64,000 nucleotides of DNA from a virus. Below the pieces are notes generated by a model. It was not told the origin of the DNA. It did not search any database and was given only the letters and a program-made list of their open reading frames with translations. Positions within the stretch are counted from its first letter, which is position 1. Every line of letters starts with the position of its first letter. A program made the translations under genes and the position numbers. Below, piece after piece: positions 53,569 to 62,784 of this stretch. The DNA lies in the IMG/VR virus record IMGVR_UViG_3300048930_000192, positions 1 to 64,000 of that record, one strand, 5' to 3'.

Positions 53569-54513
53569 TTATTCTTGTGACAGTTTCTTATAGAAATCAA
53601 TCACATTATCACTATCGCCGCCATCAGCTTCGAATGGGCTATCTTCTTGTTCAGCCTTTGGCTGTGGGCGATTAGAAGTTACCTTTGGCTTTTGAGTTGA
53701 AAGGTGAGATCCACTATTAGAGCTTATTCCCATAACCTTCTCGTACTCTTGCATACCTTCTAGTACTTCTTGCAGGCGAGCCTTAAGCTCATCATATGGC
53801 CGAAGAACCTTGGTTTCATCTGTGAATTCGGCAAGCGGATACTCTGACTTCCATACCTTTTCAAGTAGAGCGTCATCACCCTTTAGAAGCGGCGAAGATG
53901 ATTCGACGAATTTAGAATCATCATAGTTGTTGTACCCACCAACTTGCTTGAGATTGATCAGGAAGTTACGGCCATTCCACATATCAAACGGATCGAATGG
54001 CTCGCGCTCTGTGAGTTCGTCCTTCTTGAAGGCTTCTGCAACCTTCTCGAAGATTTTCTTCCCGCAACGATACAAAAATGTCCGCCCTTCATTTTCGGGA
54101 TTGCCCGGATCCTTGATCACATAGATATTAAGAACATAAGTTTCGTTGCGCTTAGTAAATCTACTAACGAACTCTTGCTTAGCCTTTTCTCCAGACGACC
54201 ACAATTTCTTGTTCAATTCAGAAACAGGGCATGGCTTACCAAACGTAGTTGGGCTTACAGTATTATAGAACTTACCGGTTTGCTTATTGTCAAAGCGGTT
54301 TGTGTAGTACTTAGCCCAGCACAGATCTTCACCATCGGGCGCGGGCAAGAATCTGACAAGCGCAGATCCATTACCATCTTTACCCTTCGTTACATTCCAG
54401 AATCGTTCGTCCTTGAACGATGCCGCTCCACTGCCACCGCTTGCTTCCAAAACTTTCTTCGACATAACTTCAATGTTGTTCTTAGCCTGATTCTTTAGAT
54501 TTTTAAAACTCAT
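53569..54513 (-). CDS. gp32: Single-stranded DNA-binding protein (gp32-like)
   Basis: DERFW..KGKDGNGSALVRFLPAP, CPVSELN, KDPGNPENEG, GKKIFEK and YNNYDDSKF motifs; acidic tail. Confidence 0.96.
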   Translation of the reverse strand: MSFKNLKNQAKNNIEVMSKKVLEASGGSGAASFKDERFWNVTKGKDGNGSALVRFLPAPDGEDLCWAKYYTNRFDNKQTGKFYNTVSPTTFGKPCPVSELNKKLWSSGEKAKQEFVSRFTKRNETYVLNIYVIKDPGNPENEGRTFLYRCGKKIFEKVAEAFKKDELTEREPFDPFDMWNGRNFLINLKQVGGYNNYDDSKFVESSSPLLKGDDALLEKVWKSEYPLAEFTDETKVLRPYDELKARLQEVLEGMQEYEKVMGISSNSGSHLSTQKPKVTSNRPQPKAEQEDSPFEADGGDSDNVIDFYKKLSQE

Positions 54514-54524
54514 ATAATTCCTTT

Positions 54525-54574
54525 TTTAACTGGTTGTTCTTTTATAAAATTTAACTGGTTGTTTACTGGGTGTT
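54525..54574 (-). promoter_or_regulatory. Direct repeats in the gp32 leader, candidate autogenous translational operator
   Basis: TTTAACTGGTTGTT at 54525-54538 and 54550-54563, plus degenerate TTTACTGGGTGTT at 54562-54574. Confidence 0.5.
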
Positions 54575-54609
54575 AATATATTTTGTCACATCATATTATA
54601 AATCTCCTT

Positions 54610-55251
54610 TCAACTTAATATTTCTGATGATGTTTTACGAAAATAGTCAATATCTTGTTTCGAGTGTGACATAAGGTATTTATACCGATTGTATTTAATC
54701 ATTTTAGATGACCATACTATGTTTTCACTATAAACCTTATCGAACATCGAAACAAAATTCAATAATATATCAAATATACAATAAGTCTCTGGCGTAATAT
54801 ATTCTTGCAATAGCAACTTACATATTAGTGGTACATTGCCCGGATCCTTTGCAACAAATAATTCATTGAAAGTCTTATCGTGCTTTTCTAGATAGTTTCT
54901 TATATTGCAACAATCTACATAAAATGTATGGCGTATACCTTCTGTGCGCTTGATCCATTCAGAATACATTATTTCACATTCTTCATTTACAAGATCTTTA
55001 GACCAAAGAGTGTCGTCAGCTAAGAAATTGGCTATAAAGAAATTCTTTATCTCTGATGGCTTATACTTGGCTGCCAATCGTTCAAACCAATACCTATCAT
55101 TACGCTTATTATAAGACTCTATCTTTGCATTTACCTTGCCATAGGTAGAATAGTCATAGTTAGACGACTTGAAGTGTAGCTTCAAGCCAATATATTCTTT
55201 ATAAACATCAAATCCAGAAGTTTTCACAATATTAGCACGAAAAGTATCCAT
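54610..55251 (-). CDS. gp59: Helicase loader (gp59-like)
   Basis: GFDVYKEYIGLKLHF...YDY..YGK, KRNDRYWFERLA and ITPET motifs; adjacent to gp32. Confidence 0.9.
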   Translation of the reverse strand: MDTFRANIVKTSGFDVYKEYIGLKLHFKSSNYDYSTYGKVNAKIESYNKRNDRYWFERLAAKYKPSEIKNFFIANFLADDTLWSKDLVNEECEIMYSEWIKRTEGIRHTFYVDCCNIRNYLEKHDKTFNELFVAKDPGNVPLICKLLLQEYITPETYCIFDILLNFVSMFDKVYSENIVWSSKMIKYNRYKYLMSHSKQDIDYFRKTSSEILS

Positions 55252-55254
55252 ATT

Positions 55255-55509
55255 TTATTTGTTCTTCTTTTTGTTTCTCTGCTTCATCTTCAAACTTTTA
55301 ATGCCGCCGATGTTGTCTGTAACTGCTTCCATGTAGATCATTTCTGATATAGGCTTACTAATAAAGCATGTTATAGACGACGGATCGATATCATTAGAGG
55401 TACAAACTTCTAAAATCGCGTCTATATAACGGCATTTCTTTAATTTTACAATATCTTCGATATCTTTGGTAAACTCTTTCTCGTTCGAGTATTTCATGAA
55501 ATTTTTCAT
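55255..55509 (-). CDS. gp33: Late transcription coactivator (gp33-like)
   Basis: F...IE.IV....YIDAILEVC..NDID....ISKP....EA pattern; T4-like synteny. Confidence 0.8.
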   Translation of the reverse strand: MKNFMKYSNEKEFTKDIEDIVKLKKCRYIDAILEVCTSNDIDPSSITCFISKPISEMIYMEAVTDNIGGIKSLKMKQRNKKKNK

Positions 55510-56186
55510 ATTTGTTTCTCTTTATGGTAATATTCTTCGCATACATCTTGTATTTTGATGAAGTCTCTATTTTTCCAATAGTTTCTAGAAGTCTCTAGAA
55601 AGTGTTTGGCGCAAGACCTTGTTTTCTCAATAAAGATATCTGATCCAGATTCCTTTACTGAAATAATAACAACTAATTGAGGTGTTGATACATTTAAAAG
55701 TTCTTCACCCATGAAGCTGTAGCAAAATGCTTGATCAAAATAATTGTTAATCCATTCTCGCTTTTTTCGTTTACGAGAGGTCTTATAGTCGATAATAGAA
55801 TTTATGCCGTTATACTTAGCTATCAAATCTACTTGACCTGCAATTCTTAGTTCGTCGCTATACAAGACTTTTTCTTGTACAATTATATCTGTTATATTAT
55901 CTTTAACATGCTTTATATTATCAAGATGGTCCAAATCTATTTCGTCTTTATGTACTATTTCTTTACCACTAATATAGTTTTCCATATTAGTATGTAATCT
56001 AGTACCATATTCGCATGATTCTTCTGAAGATTTCTTGTTGGCTGGATCTTTACGCCATTGTTCAAAGAATTCTTTATCTTTATCATTAACTACTGTAGTA
56101 ACTGATGGATACCATAATTTAGTAGTCGGCGACCTATAAAATCTGCCTAATGGAGTACTTATTCTTTCGCATGTGTAATCTGTCAT
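55506..56186 (-). CDS. PD-(D/E)XK exonuclease
   Basis: YPSVTTV, GTRLH, IAGQVDLIA and IIDYKTS motifs. Confidence 0.9.
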   Translation of the reverse strand: MTDYTCERISTPLGRFYRSPTTKLWYPSVTTVVNDKDKEFFEQWRKDPANKKSSEESCEYGTRLHTNMENYISGKEIVHKDEIDLDHLDNIKHVKDNITDIIVQEKVLYSDELRIAGQVDLIAKYNGINSIIDYKTSRKRKKREWINNYFDQAFCYSFMGEELLNVSTPQLVVIISVKESGSDIFIEKTRSCAKHFLETSRNYWKNRDFIKIQDVCEEYYHKEKQI

Positions 56187-56443
56187 CTTAAAAACTTATC
56201 TGATATATTATGCTTAGGGTTCCGCTTTTTGACTTCTTTCATAACGTCATTGAAACCGTTGCTTGTTCTTAGATTGCCGACCGTAATCGGATCTACTACT
56301 GTCATCATAGACATCAATTTCTCAACAGTCAACTTCTTGCAACTAGGGCAAGGATCTTTGGTTGGTTTATGTCTAGATTCCACTTTTTCAAACAAGTCAA
56401 AGGTATGTTTACAACTACTGCATTTATATTGATATAATGGCAT
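56183..56443 (-). CDS. FmdB-family zinc-ribbon protein
   Basis: MPLYQYKCSSC...F...CPSC. Confidence 0.88.
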   Translation of the reverse strand: MPLYQYKCSSCKHTFDLFEKVESRHKPTKDPCPSCKKLTVEKLMSMMTVVDPITVGNLRTSNGFNDVMKEVKKRNPKHNISDKFLR

Positions 56444-56463
56444 AATATACTCCTATAGTATAT

Positions 56464-57399
56464 TTATGCACTCATTATAGCCAAATCTTTCATTTTGAAT
56501 TCGTAGTCTATATCAACATCTAGACCATAGGTATTAGGTCTTGCAGTCGGATAATCTGCGTGCTTTCTAGGATTTTTATGACCAATAACACTTTCAGAGT
56601 AATGAAATATAGGCTTAGTTTTCCATGTAGAATAACACAACTTGAACGCCTCTTCTTCTGTCAAGGTGCCTGGATTGCACTTATGGTGTAAATAATCAAA
56701 TGTTATTGGTATGTCGTGTTTCTTGTATGCAAAGTTATACAGGTTTTCTACATTCCAGTATCCCTTGTCTTCATTTTCTAGAACTAGTTTACCTGTCATC
56801 ATGTCCAAAAGCCCACCAATATAAGAACTTGAAAATCTAGTTTTAATTTCCTCGATGTCGCCTTTATATGTTCCCATATGAACATTTATGGGATGTCTAT
56901 CGCTTTCATAGGCGTCTTGCTTAAGAACACTAAGCAGGAGATCATTATCATGGATAATACTAATCGACTTCGAAGAAACATGATGTTTTGCAGATGATAT
57001 AATAACGTATTGATCTGGGTGGCTACTGAACCTAACAGGCGAATTCTCATAAGATTTTAAATAAAGCGTGTAGAAATTTTCAAGTTTAATATTAGATAAA
57101 CTCATTGAGGCCGGTGAGTTACTGTACAAAACATGTTGCCATACCGGGAATCCCCCTAAATTAAAATCATAAAGTGGGAATATATTACCGACTCTATAAT
57201 TCCAATTGTTTATTTCGCAATACCTAACTATTTCATCTAATACCATTGCATTGTTTTGATATATTTCGTGCAACTTAGATATAGAATTTGTATTACTAAT
57301 AAACGACTTTCGAGTCATTGTTCTAAACTTTAAGCCTCGATTCTGCAATTCTAAAGATATACAACAAAGTCCGGGTTTAAAACTCAATGGATTACTCAT
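56464..57399 (-). CDS. uvsE: UV damage endonuclease (UvsE/UVDE family)
   Basis: GLCCIS, SSHPDQY, INVHMG, LVLENEDK, ITFDYLHH, FHYSES, RKHADY and EFKMKDLA motifs. Confidence 0.92.
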   Translation of the reverse strand: MSNPLSFKPGLCCISLELQNRGLKFRTMTRKSFISNTNSISKLHEIYQNNAMVLDEIVRYCEINNWNYRVGNIFPLYDFNLGGFPVWQHVLYSNSPASMSLSNIKLENFYTLYLKSYENSPVRFSSHPDQYVIISSAKHHVSSKSISIIHDNDLLLSVLKQDAYESDRHPINVHMGTYKGDIEEIKTRFSSSYIGGLLDMMTGKLVLENEDKGYWNVENLYNFAYKKHDIPITFDYLHHKCNPGTLTEEEAFKLCYSTWKTKPIFHYSESVIGHKNPRKHADYPTARPNTYGLDVDIDYEFKMKDLAIMSA

Positions 57400-57589
57400 T
57401 GAATGCCAGTTCTTCCTTTCTCATCCAAAAGAACTCTACGCCCCATTCTCTAGAATATGTCTTAATAAGAAATTGATCACCGTGGATATAGTCATTTTCC
57501 ACTCTTATGATCTCACCATGCTCTCTTGGCGTCTGCACGCTACGAATTGTCACGAAATTGTTGTTTGACGACGTGTTTCTGTTTTTCAT
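57392..57589 (-). CDS. Small hypothetical protein
   Basis: 65-aa ORF directly downstream of a sigma70-like promoter; overlaps the uvsE start. Confidence 0.6.
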   Translation of the reverse strand: MKNRNTSSNNNFVTIRSVQTPREHGEIIRVENDYIHGDQFLIKTYSREWGVEFFWMRKEELAFNE

Positions 57590-57595
57590 AGACGT

Positions 57596-57624
57596 ATTGT
57601 ATCGCTAAGGTAAACAGAAGTCAA
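57596..57624 (-). promoter_or_regulatory. Sigma70-like early promoter TTGACT-N17-TACAAT
   Basis: -35 at 57624-57619 and -10 at 57601-57596; the ATG starts 7 nt downstream. Confidence 0.8.
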
Positions 57625-57637
57625 GAAACAACGATTT

Positions 57638-57666
57638 TTGACTGTTATCGACCGACTGTATATAAT
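57638..57666 (+). promoter_or_regulatory. Sigma70-like early promoter TTGACT-N17-TATAAT
   Basis: -35 at 57638-57643 and -10 at 57661-57666; ATG at 57675. Confidence 0.85.
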
Positions 57667-57674
57667 ACACTCAT

Positions 57675-58808
57675 ATGAGTAGAACAGCTAATAATAGAGC
57701 AACAGAAGTTACTGTGTATGGTGACGAGCCTTCATGGGAAGGCTGCGATTCTTGGGATGCAGAAAAAGTTTCAAAAACTTTCATGCTCGCCACTCAATGG
57801 TATAATTACATGAGCGATGAGAAAGACCATAAAAAATGGTTAATGGAATATTGCAAAGCTAACTGCAAAGAATCTGCGCCAAAGATATCAAAACTAGACA
57901 ATACAAGTATTAAATATGGTGAAATGGCTGGCGATGTCGGGTTTAATCCCGGTATCTACGCCAGGATTCTAAATCTTGGCGGAAAATTACCAGAGAAGTT
58001 GGTTGCAGATCTTAAAGCCGGAATATCTTATTTGTGTAATAAGTCTGATCGCATCTCAAATAAAGCCGCAGATCAGATTTCGGCAGAATCACCCAAACAA
58101 AAACCACCCAAAGAAATATCTGTAAGAGATCGGTCTATTCAAAAGGCCTTAGATGCAAACTTAGAAATAGAGAAGTTTTCCGACTATGTGCTAACAAGCA
58201 ACAAAGCCTTTACGTCAGAAACCATAAAAGATATATTTAAAGATAGAAGCATAAAACCTTCTCAAGCCGCCAATATAGTTGAGATATGGTCAGATAAAAA
58301 GAAAATCTTCGATCCAGAAGATTACTACACCTATGAAGAACAGGCCGTAAAAAGCTATCAGTCATTTATAGACTTGACTATTAAGGTTGCATCTGAGATA
58401 TCTTCTGTTAAGAAGATCATTATACATAAGCCTAGAAAAAAGTCACCAGTAGATCAAGTTAAGAAACTGAAATATAAGAAAGAAGATACTACATTAAAGG
58501 TCACTAGTATTTTACCGTCTAAAATAATAGGAAGTACAAAACTTGTACTTTTCAATACTAAATATTCTAAGATATCATATCTAGAAGCTGGTAATGCAGT
58601 GGGATTTACAGTTAAGGGCAATATAATAATGGGGTATGACGATACAAAGTCTTATACCAAGAAAGTTAGAGATCCTAAGAAAGTAATGGGAGAAATACAA
58701 AATAAGGGAATTAGAATAGTAAAATCTGTACTTGATGGGCTAAAGACTAAAAAGATGCCCATTTCATGCAGAATGTCAGAAGAGGTTTTAATAGTCGGAG
58801 TATACTAA
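57675..58808 (+). CDS. Conserved hypothetical protein of T4-like phages (upstream of RNase H)
   Basis: 377 aa; WYNY, QVKKLKYK, SI.PSKIIG..KLVLFNTKY and KKVRDP motifs. Confidence 0.75.
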   Translation: MSRTANNRATEVTVYGDEPSWEGCDSWDAEKVSKTFMLATQWYNYMSDEKDHKKWLMEYCKANCKESAPKISKLDNTSIKYGEMAGDVGFNPGIYARILNLGGKLPEKLVADLKAGISYLCNKSDRISNKAADQISAESPKQKPPKEISVRDRSIQKALDANLEIEKFSDYVLTSNKAFTSETIKDIFKDRSIKPSQAANIVEIWSDKKKIFDPEDYYTYEEQAVKSYQSFIDLTIKVASEISSVKKIIIHKPRKKSPVDQVKKLKYKKEDTTLKVTSILPSKIIGSTKLVLFNTKYSKISYLEAGNAVGFTVKGNIIMGYDDTKSYTKKVRDPKKVMGEIQNKGIRIVKSVLDGLKTKKMPISCRMSEEVLIVGVY

Positions 58809-58809
58809 T

Positions 58810-59001
58810 ATGAAACTGATTGATTTAATCGAAATTCTAACAAAGTTAGAAAAAACAGACCTTAATAGATATGCTGATATTGTAGTCATGGTAAACGACG
58901 AAGTCGTTGACTTGGCTGATGCATCAATTGGGTACATCGATGATAATATAGGTGATAAAGTATTAGTATTATATACGGAGTCAAATAATGATACTCATTG
59001 A
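58810..59001 (+). CDS. Small hypothetical protein
   Basis: 63-aa ORF with SD GGAG; tight operon spacing. Confidence 0.6.
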   Translation: MKLIDLIEILTKLEKTDLNRYADIVVMVNDEVVDLADASIGYIDDNIGDKVLVLYTESNNDTH

Positions 59002-59845
59002 TGCTAACCATTTGGCCATTGTCAGTTTAATGGCTGAATGTAAAGGCATGCCAGAATATAACGAGAATTTAATCAGACATATATTTCTGAATCAAATTAG
59101 AAATATAAAGAAAAAGTACAGTTCAGAATATGGTGAACTAGTATTGTGTTATGATACCAGAAAGCCGTCATGGCGCAAGAAGGTTTATCAATATTATAAG
59201 GCATGTAGAAAGAAAAGTCGAGAAGATTCTGATATTGACTGGAATAAATTATTTGAATTTCTTAATAAGTTTAAGAACGAAATTGATGAGAATTTCCCAT
59301 ATCGAGTTATATCGATCGACGGTGCAGAAGCAGATGATATCATTGCATGTGCGTGTAAATATAAGAGTAATGAAAATAATCTTATAGTTAGCAATGATAA
59401 GGACTTCTATCAGTTGCATGTGTATCCGAATACCAAGCAATATAGTGTATATCATAAATCTGTCATAAAATGTGAGCATCCCGATAGATATCTATTTGAG
59501 CACATTTTAAGAGGTGACAAAGGTGACGGTGTGCCAAACTATCTGAGCACAGATGATACGTTTGTATCAAACAAACGTCAAAGGTCTATTACCGAAAAGC
59601 ATATCACAGAAATGTGGCACCAAAAATGCACTAACCCCAATTGGCAATCTGGTCTTACTGACGAACTAATTACTAACTATACAAGAAACGACACACTGAT
59701 CAATTTTGTGTATATTCCAAAAGAAATAGATGATGTTGTTAAGGCAGAATTGAACAAAATAAATCCTAAAAATAGAGCTAACATACATAAATACTTTGCA
59801 GCCAATGGTATGAATTTGATGATAGAGAATGTAACTGATTTTTAA
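58988..59845 (+). CDS. rnh: T4 RNase H-like 5'-3' exonuclease
   Basis: MILID, WRKK...YKACR, GAEADDIIA, IVSNDKDFYQL and GDKGDGVPN motifs. Confidence 0.95.
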   Translation: MILIDANHLAIVSLMAECKGMPEYNENLIRHIFLNQIRNIKKKYSSEYGELVLCYDTRKPSWRKKVYQYYKACRKKSREDSDIDWNKLFEFLNKFKNEIDENFPYRVISIDGAEADDIIACACKYKSNENNLIVSNDKDFYQLHVYPNTKQYSVYHKSVIKCEHPDRYLFEHILRGDKGDGVPNYLSTDDTFVSNKRQRSITEKHITEMWHQKCTNPNWQSGLTDELITNYTRNDTLINFVYIPKEIDDVVKAELNKINPKNRANIHKYFAANGMNLMIENVTDF

Positions 59846-59856
59846 ATGGAGATGGC

Positions 59857-60270
59857 ATGACGATTAAACTGATTTCGGAAATTGTGCAAGAATGCAGTGA
59901 TGCAAAGACAAAACAAGAAAAGATATCTATTCTAAGAAATAACGACTCACCTTCTTTAAGAATAGTATTAAAGTTCATGTATCGCCCAGATATTGAATAT
60001 TTCACAAATGTTGTACCACCATATACCAAAGACGACTCGCCTGTGGGGTTTAGTATGAATAATTTATATCATGAAGCAAAACGGTTATACATCTTTGAAA
60101 AAGACGCAGCCGTACATCACGACCGAAAACATACTATTTTAATGCAGATGTTAGAAGCACTACATAGTTTAGATGCAAGATTGTTAGAAAAGATTATTTC
60201 TAACAAAAAGTCTGATATAAAGTTAAACAAAACAATTGTGGAGGAAGCATTTCCAAACTTGCTTAAGTGA
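59857..60270 (+). CDS. Conserved hypothetical protein of T4-like phages
   Basis: LISEI...KI.ILR, PPY, LYHEAKRLYIF, QMLEALH..DA.LL and EAFP pattern. Confidence 0.75.
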   Translation: MTIKLISEIVQECSDAKTKQEKISILRNNDSPSLRIVLKFMYRPDIEYFTNVVPPYTKDDSPVGFSMNNLYHEAKRLYIFEKDAAVHHDRKHTILMQMLEALHSLDARLLEKIISNKKSDIKLNKTIVEEAFPNLLK

Positions 60271-60273
60271 TAT

Positions 60274-60474
60274 ATGATTAATAGAACCGACTGGCACAAT
60301 TACGACAATTCTAAGCGTCTAAGTGATCCTACCAAATTCAAGCGTAAGCCATTTAAACAAATTATAAAGAATTACGTTAATACGCACGATTTATTGAATG
60401 GAGAAGACATCTATGGCGAATTTGGACCCGAAGAGAAATTCAGAAGCAGGCATGAACGATCAAACAAGTTTTAA
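60274..60474 (+). CDS. Small hypothetical protein
   Basis: 66-aa ORF in the operon. Confidence 0.5.
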   Translation: MINRTDWHNYDNSKRLSDPTKFKRKPFKQIIKNYVNTHDLLNGEDIYGEFGPEEKFRSRHERSNKF

Positions 60475-60721
60475 TCAAGAAATTGACAGTTTGTTTGGCG
60501 ACTATATCAAGAATCTATCACCAGAGTCGAATTCTACTATCGAGTTCGATCCAGACAACTTTGCAGATACAGAAGTAAACATGATTGGCCAGCAAGAAAT
60601 CAAATTTGAAAACGACCCATTTTATACTGACCTGAGAGATGGTACCACATATTCTAACATAAATAATCCCATTAGCCACCATGGCAGATGGGAAGATTTA
60701 GAAGATGATGCACACCGATGA
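60452..60721 (+). CDS. Small acidic hypothetical protein
   Basis: Likely start at ATG 60452 (the ORF track starts at 60398); D/E-rich; overlaps the methyltransferase start. Confidence 0.55.
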   Translation: MNDQTSFNQEIDSLFGDYIKNLSPESNSTIEFDPDNFADTEVNMIGQQEIKFENDPFYTDLRDGTTYSNINNPISHHGRWEDLEDDAHR

Positions 60722-61430
60722 TTTGAATGTTTATCATGAAGATTGCCTAAAGTTTCTAGAATCAGAACCAGATAATAAGTATGACTTGATTTATGTAGAT
60801 CCACCATACAATACTGGTAAAAAACAAAAAGTTGGCGACAATTCGTATATTGACAAATACGAAGATTACCAATCGTTCATAACGCCTATACTAAAACAAA
60901 GCTGCCGGGTATTGAAAGATACCGGCAGCTTTTTCTGCCATCTAGACTGGCGAGAAGTTCATAAGACTAAGGTTATAATAGACTCGATCTATGGCGAAGA
61001 TAATTTTCAAAATGAAATTATCTGGCATAGCGAAATTGGCAATAGCCCTAAGCGAACATGGCCGCGTAAGCATACTAATATCTTATGGTATACCAAATCT
61101 AACACATATACATTCAATGAATCTAATGTGCCTATGGTAGATCGAAAGGCTCAAAAAGAAGGATATTCCGATCTTAAGCGAATGACAGACGTATGGACTT
61201 ACAATTTAAGCACTACAGATCCAGAAAGAGTTTCATATCCGAACCAAAAGCCATTGGCTATACTAGAACCGATCGTGTTGGTACACTCTAATCCAGGCGA
61301 TCAGTGTTTAGATTTCTTTGCTGGTAGCGGCAGCTTTGGTGAAGCTTGTATAAGAAACGGGCGAAAATGTAACCTGGTGGACAGAAATCCTCAAAGCATA
61401 GAAGTCATTAAGAAACGATTCAATATTTAA
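60705..61430 (+). CDS. Orphan amino-DNA methyltransferase (N6-A/N4-C, beta class)
   Basis: Catalytic DPPY precedes YPNQKP and the SAM-binding motif DFFAGSG. Confidence 0.93.
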   Translation: MMHTDDLNVYHEDCLKFLESEPDNKYDLIYVDPPYNTGKKQKVGDNSYIDKYEDYQSFITPILKQSCRVLKDTGSFFCHLDWREVHKTKVIIDSIYGEDNFQNEIIWHSEIGNSPKRTWPRKHTNILWYTKSNTYTFNESNVPMVDRKAQKEGYSDLKRMTDVWTYNLSTTDPERVSYPNQKPLAILEPIVLVHSNPGDQCLDFFAGSGSFGEACIRNGRKCNLVDRNPQSIEVIKKRFNI

Positions 61431-61434
61431 AAAT

Positions 61435-61471
61435 ACAAACAGCCGTGGACCATAAATCCACGGCTGTTTGT
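61435..61471. terminator. Bidirectional terminator between the convergent methyltransferase and phoH genes
   Basis: ACAAACAGCCGTGGA-CCATAAA-TCCACGGCTGTTTGT, a 15-bp stem. Confidence 0.85.
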
Positions 61472-61482
61472 GTTATTGAGAT

Positions 61483-62217
61483 TTAGAGATTTTCGCGATA
61501 ACAGGCTTCGATCTTAGCAACAATACCACTTCGAACACAGTCTTCCACTTTCATTTCATGGAATCCAATTTCTTTGATGGAAGGCAATCTTTTTAGAGCG
61601 TCTACAAGACCATTACTAGAAAGCAAGTCGGTTTGATGTGTATCGCCCGTTATTACAAGCTTCGAATAATTACCCATTCGGGTGAGCAACATTCGCATTT
61701 GGGATGGCCGTATGTTCTGTGCCTCATCACACACAACAAATGATTCTTGGAATGTACATCCTCTCATATAGGCAAGTGGTATAGCACTTACGATACCGGC
61801 ATCAATGAATTCAGTAATTGAAGAATAACCAATTAGTTCACTGGCTATTTCCATTACTGGATACATAAACGGCGCGATCTTATTATTATAGCCGCCAGGC
61901 AAGAATCCAAGATGTTCGCCTGCTTCTACATATGGGCGTGTAATAATGAGGCGCTTATATTTTCCTGTAGTTAGCCCATGCAACCCGCGTGCGATAGCAA
62001 GAAATGACTTTCCTGTACCCGCACATCCGTGGATGAAACTAATTTCGTGTTTATCTATGCACTCTAATGCAAGCCGTTGACCTTCATTTTTGTGATGAAT
62101 AAGAACACCGCCGAAACTCGTCTTTTTAAGAGTACGATCGACATCTCCAGTCGTCAACTTCTTTGGTACCAGCTCGTCGCTTTTCTTTAGGCGCTTACTA
62201 CCAGACTTACTACTCAT
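61483..62217 (-). CDS. phoH: PhoH-family ATPase
   Basis: GCAGTGKS, ITRP.VE..LGFLPG, AYMRG.TF, DEAQN, LLTRMG and TGD..Q.D motifs. Confidence 0.96.
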   Translation of the reverse strand: MSSKSGSKRLKKSDELVPKKLTTGDVDRTLKKTSFGGVLIHHKNEGQRLALECIDKHEISFIHGCAGTGKSFLAIARGLHGLTTGKYKRLIITRPYVEAGEHLGFLPGGYNNKIAPFMYPVMEIASELIGYSSITEFIDAGIVSAIPLAYMRGCTFQESFVVCDEAQNIRPSQMRMLLTRMGNYSKLVITGDTHQTDLLSSNGLVDALKRLPSIKEIGFHEMKVEDCVRSGIVAKIEACYRENL

Positions 62218-62765
62218 TTAGGCGTCTCCAACAAATCTTTGTATAGATACTTTGCGATAAAATACGAATCCGAGATATCACTTATAGGGCTTGCAATATT
62301 TTTAGAAGTATAACTTAGAAGCGTTCTAAGATCTCTTTTGGTATCCTTAAGATACGCGCTATACATCATCGATTTATCTGCATTTCCTTTAATGGCAAAC
62401 TTCTTAATTACTGTTGGTGGATATGTCTTATATGGCACTCCTTCCTTAGTTAGTAGATACTTTAAAATAGCTGTGTTTTCGGCGATGTGGAATACTCTGC
62501 CTCTGCTACCCATACTATAATCCTCGATCGCGGCATAATCTGCCCCTTTAATAAAAGACATAGCCCATAGAGCGATATTTTCGTATCTCTCTATTGGGCT
62601 AGAATATGTTTTTATTTGTGATCCACTTATATCACCATAATCATTAATATATTTCTTAACATCTGTAAGAAAGTAAGTTTTGCAGTTATCTGACGAAAAT
62701 GTATTACCTTCAAATACGGTAATAGCCGGGCAACTCAAACTGTAATCTATTCCACAGAGTTTCAA
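62214..62765 (-). CDS. RuvC/RNase H-fold nuclease (putative resolvase)
   Basis: GIDYS, AIEDY, IKKFA.KGNADK and DISDSYFIA; the acidic residues are spaced as in RuvC-like proteins. Confidence 0.78.
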   Translation of the reverse strand: MKLCGIDYSLSCPAITVFEGNTFSSDNCKTYFLTDVKKYINDYGDISGSQIKTYSSPIERYENIALWAMSFIKGADYAAIEDYSMGSRGRVFHIAENTAILKYLLTKEGVPYKTYPPTVIKKFAIKGNADKSMMYSAYLKDTKRDLRTLLSYTSKNIASPISDISDSYFIAKYLYKDLLETPK

Positions 62766-62784
62766 CTATCTATTTATGAAAAAA

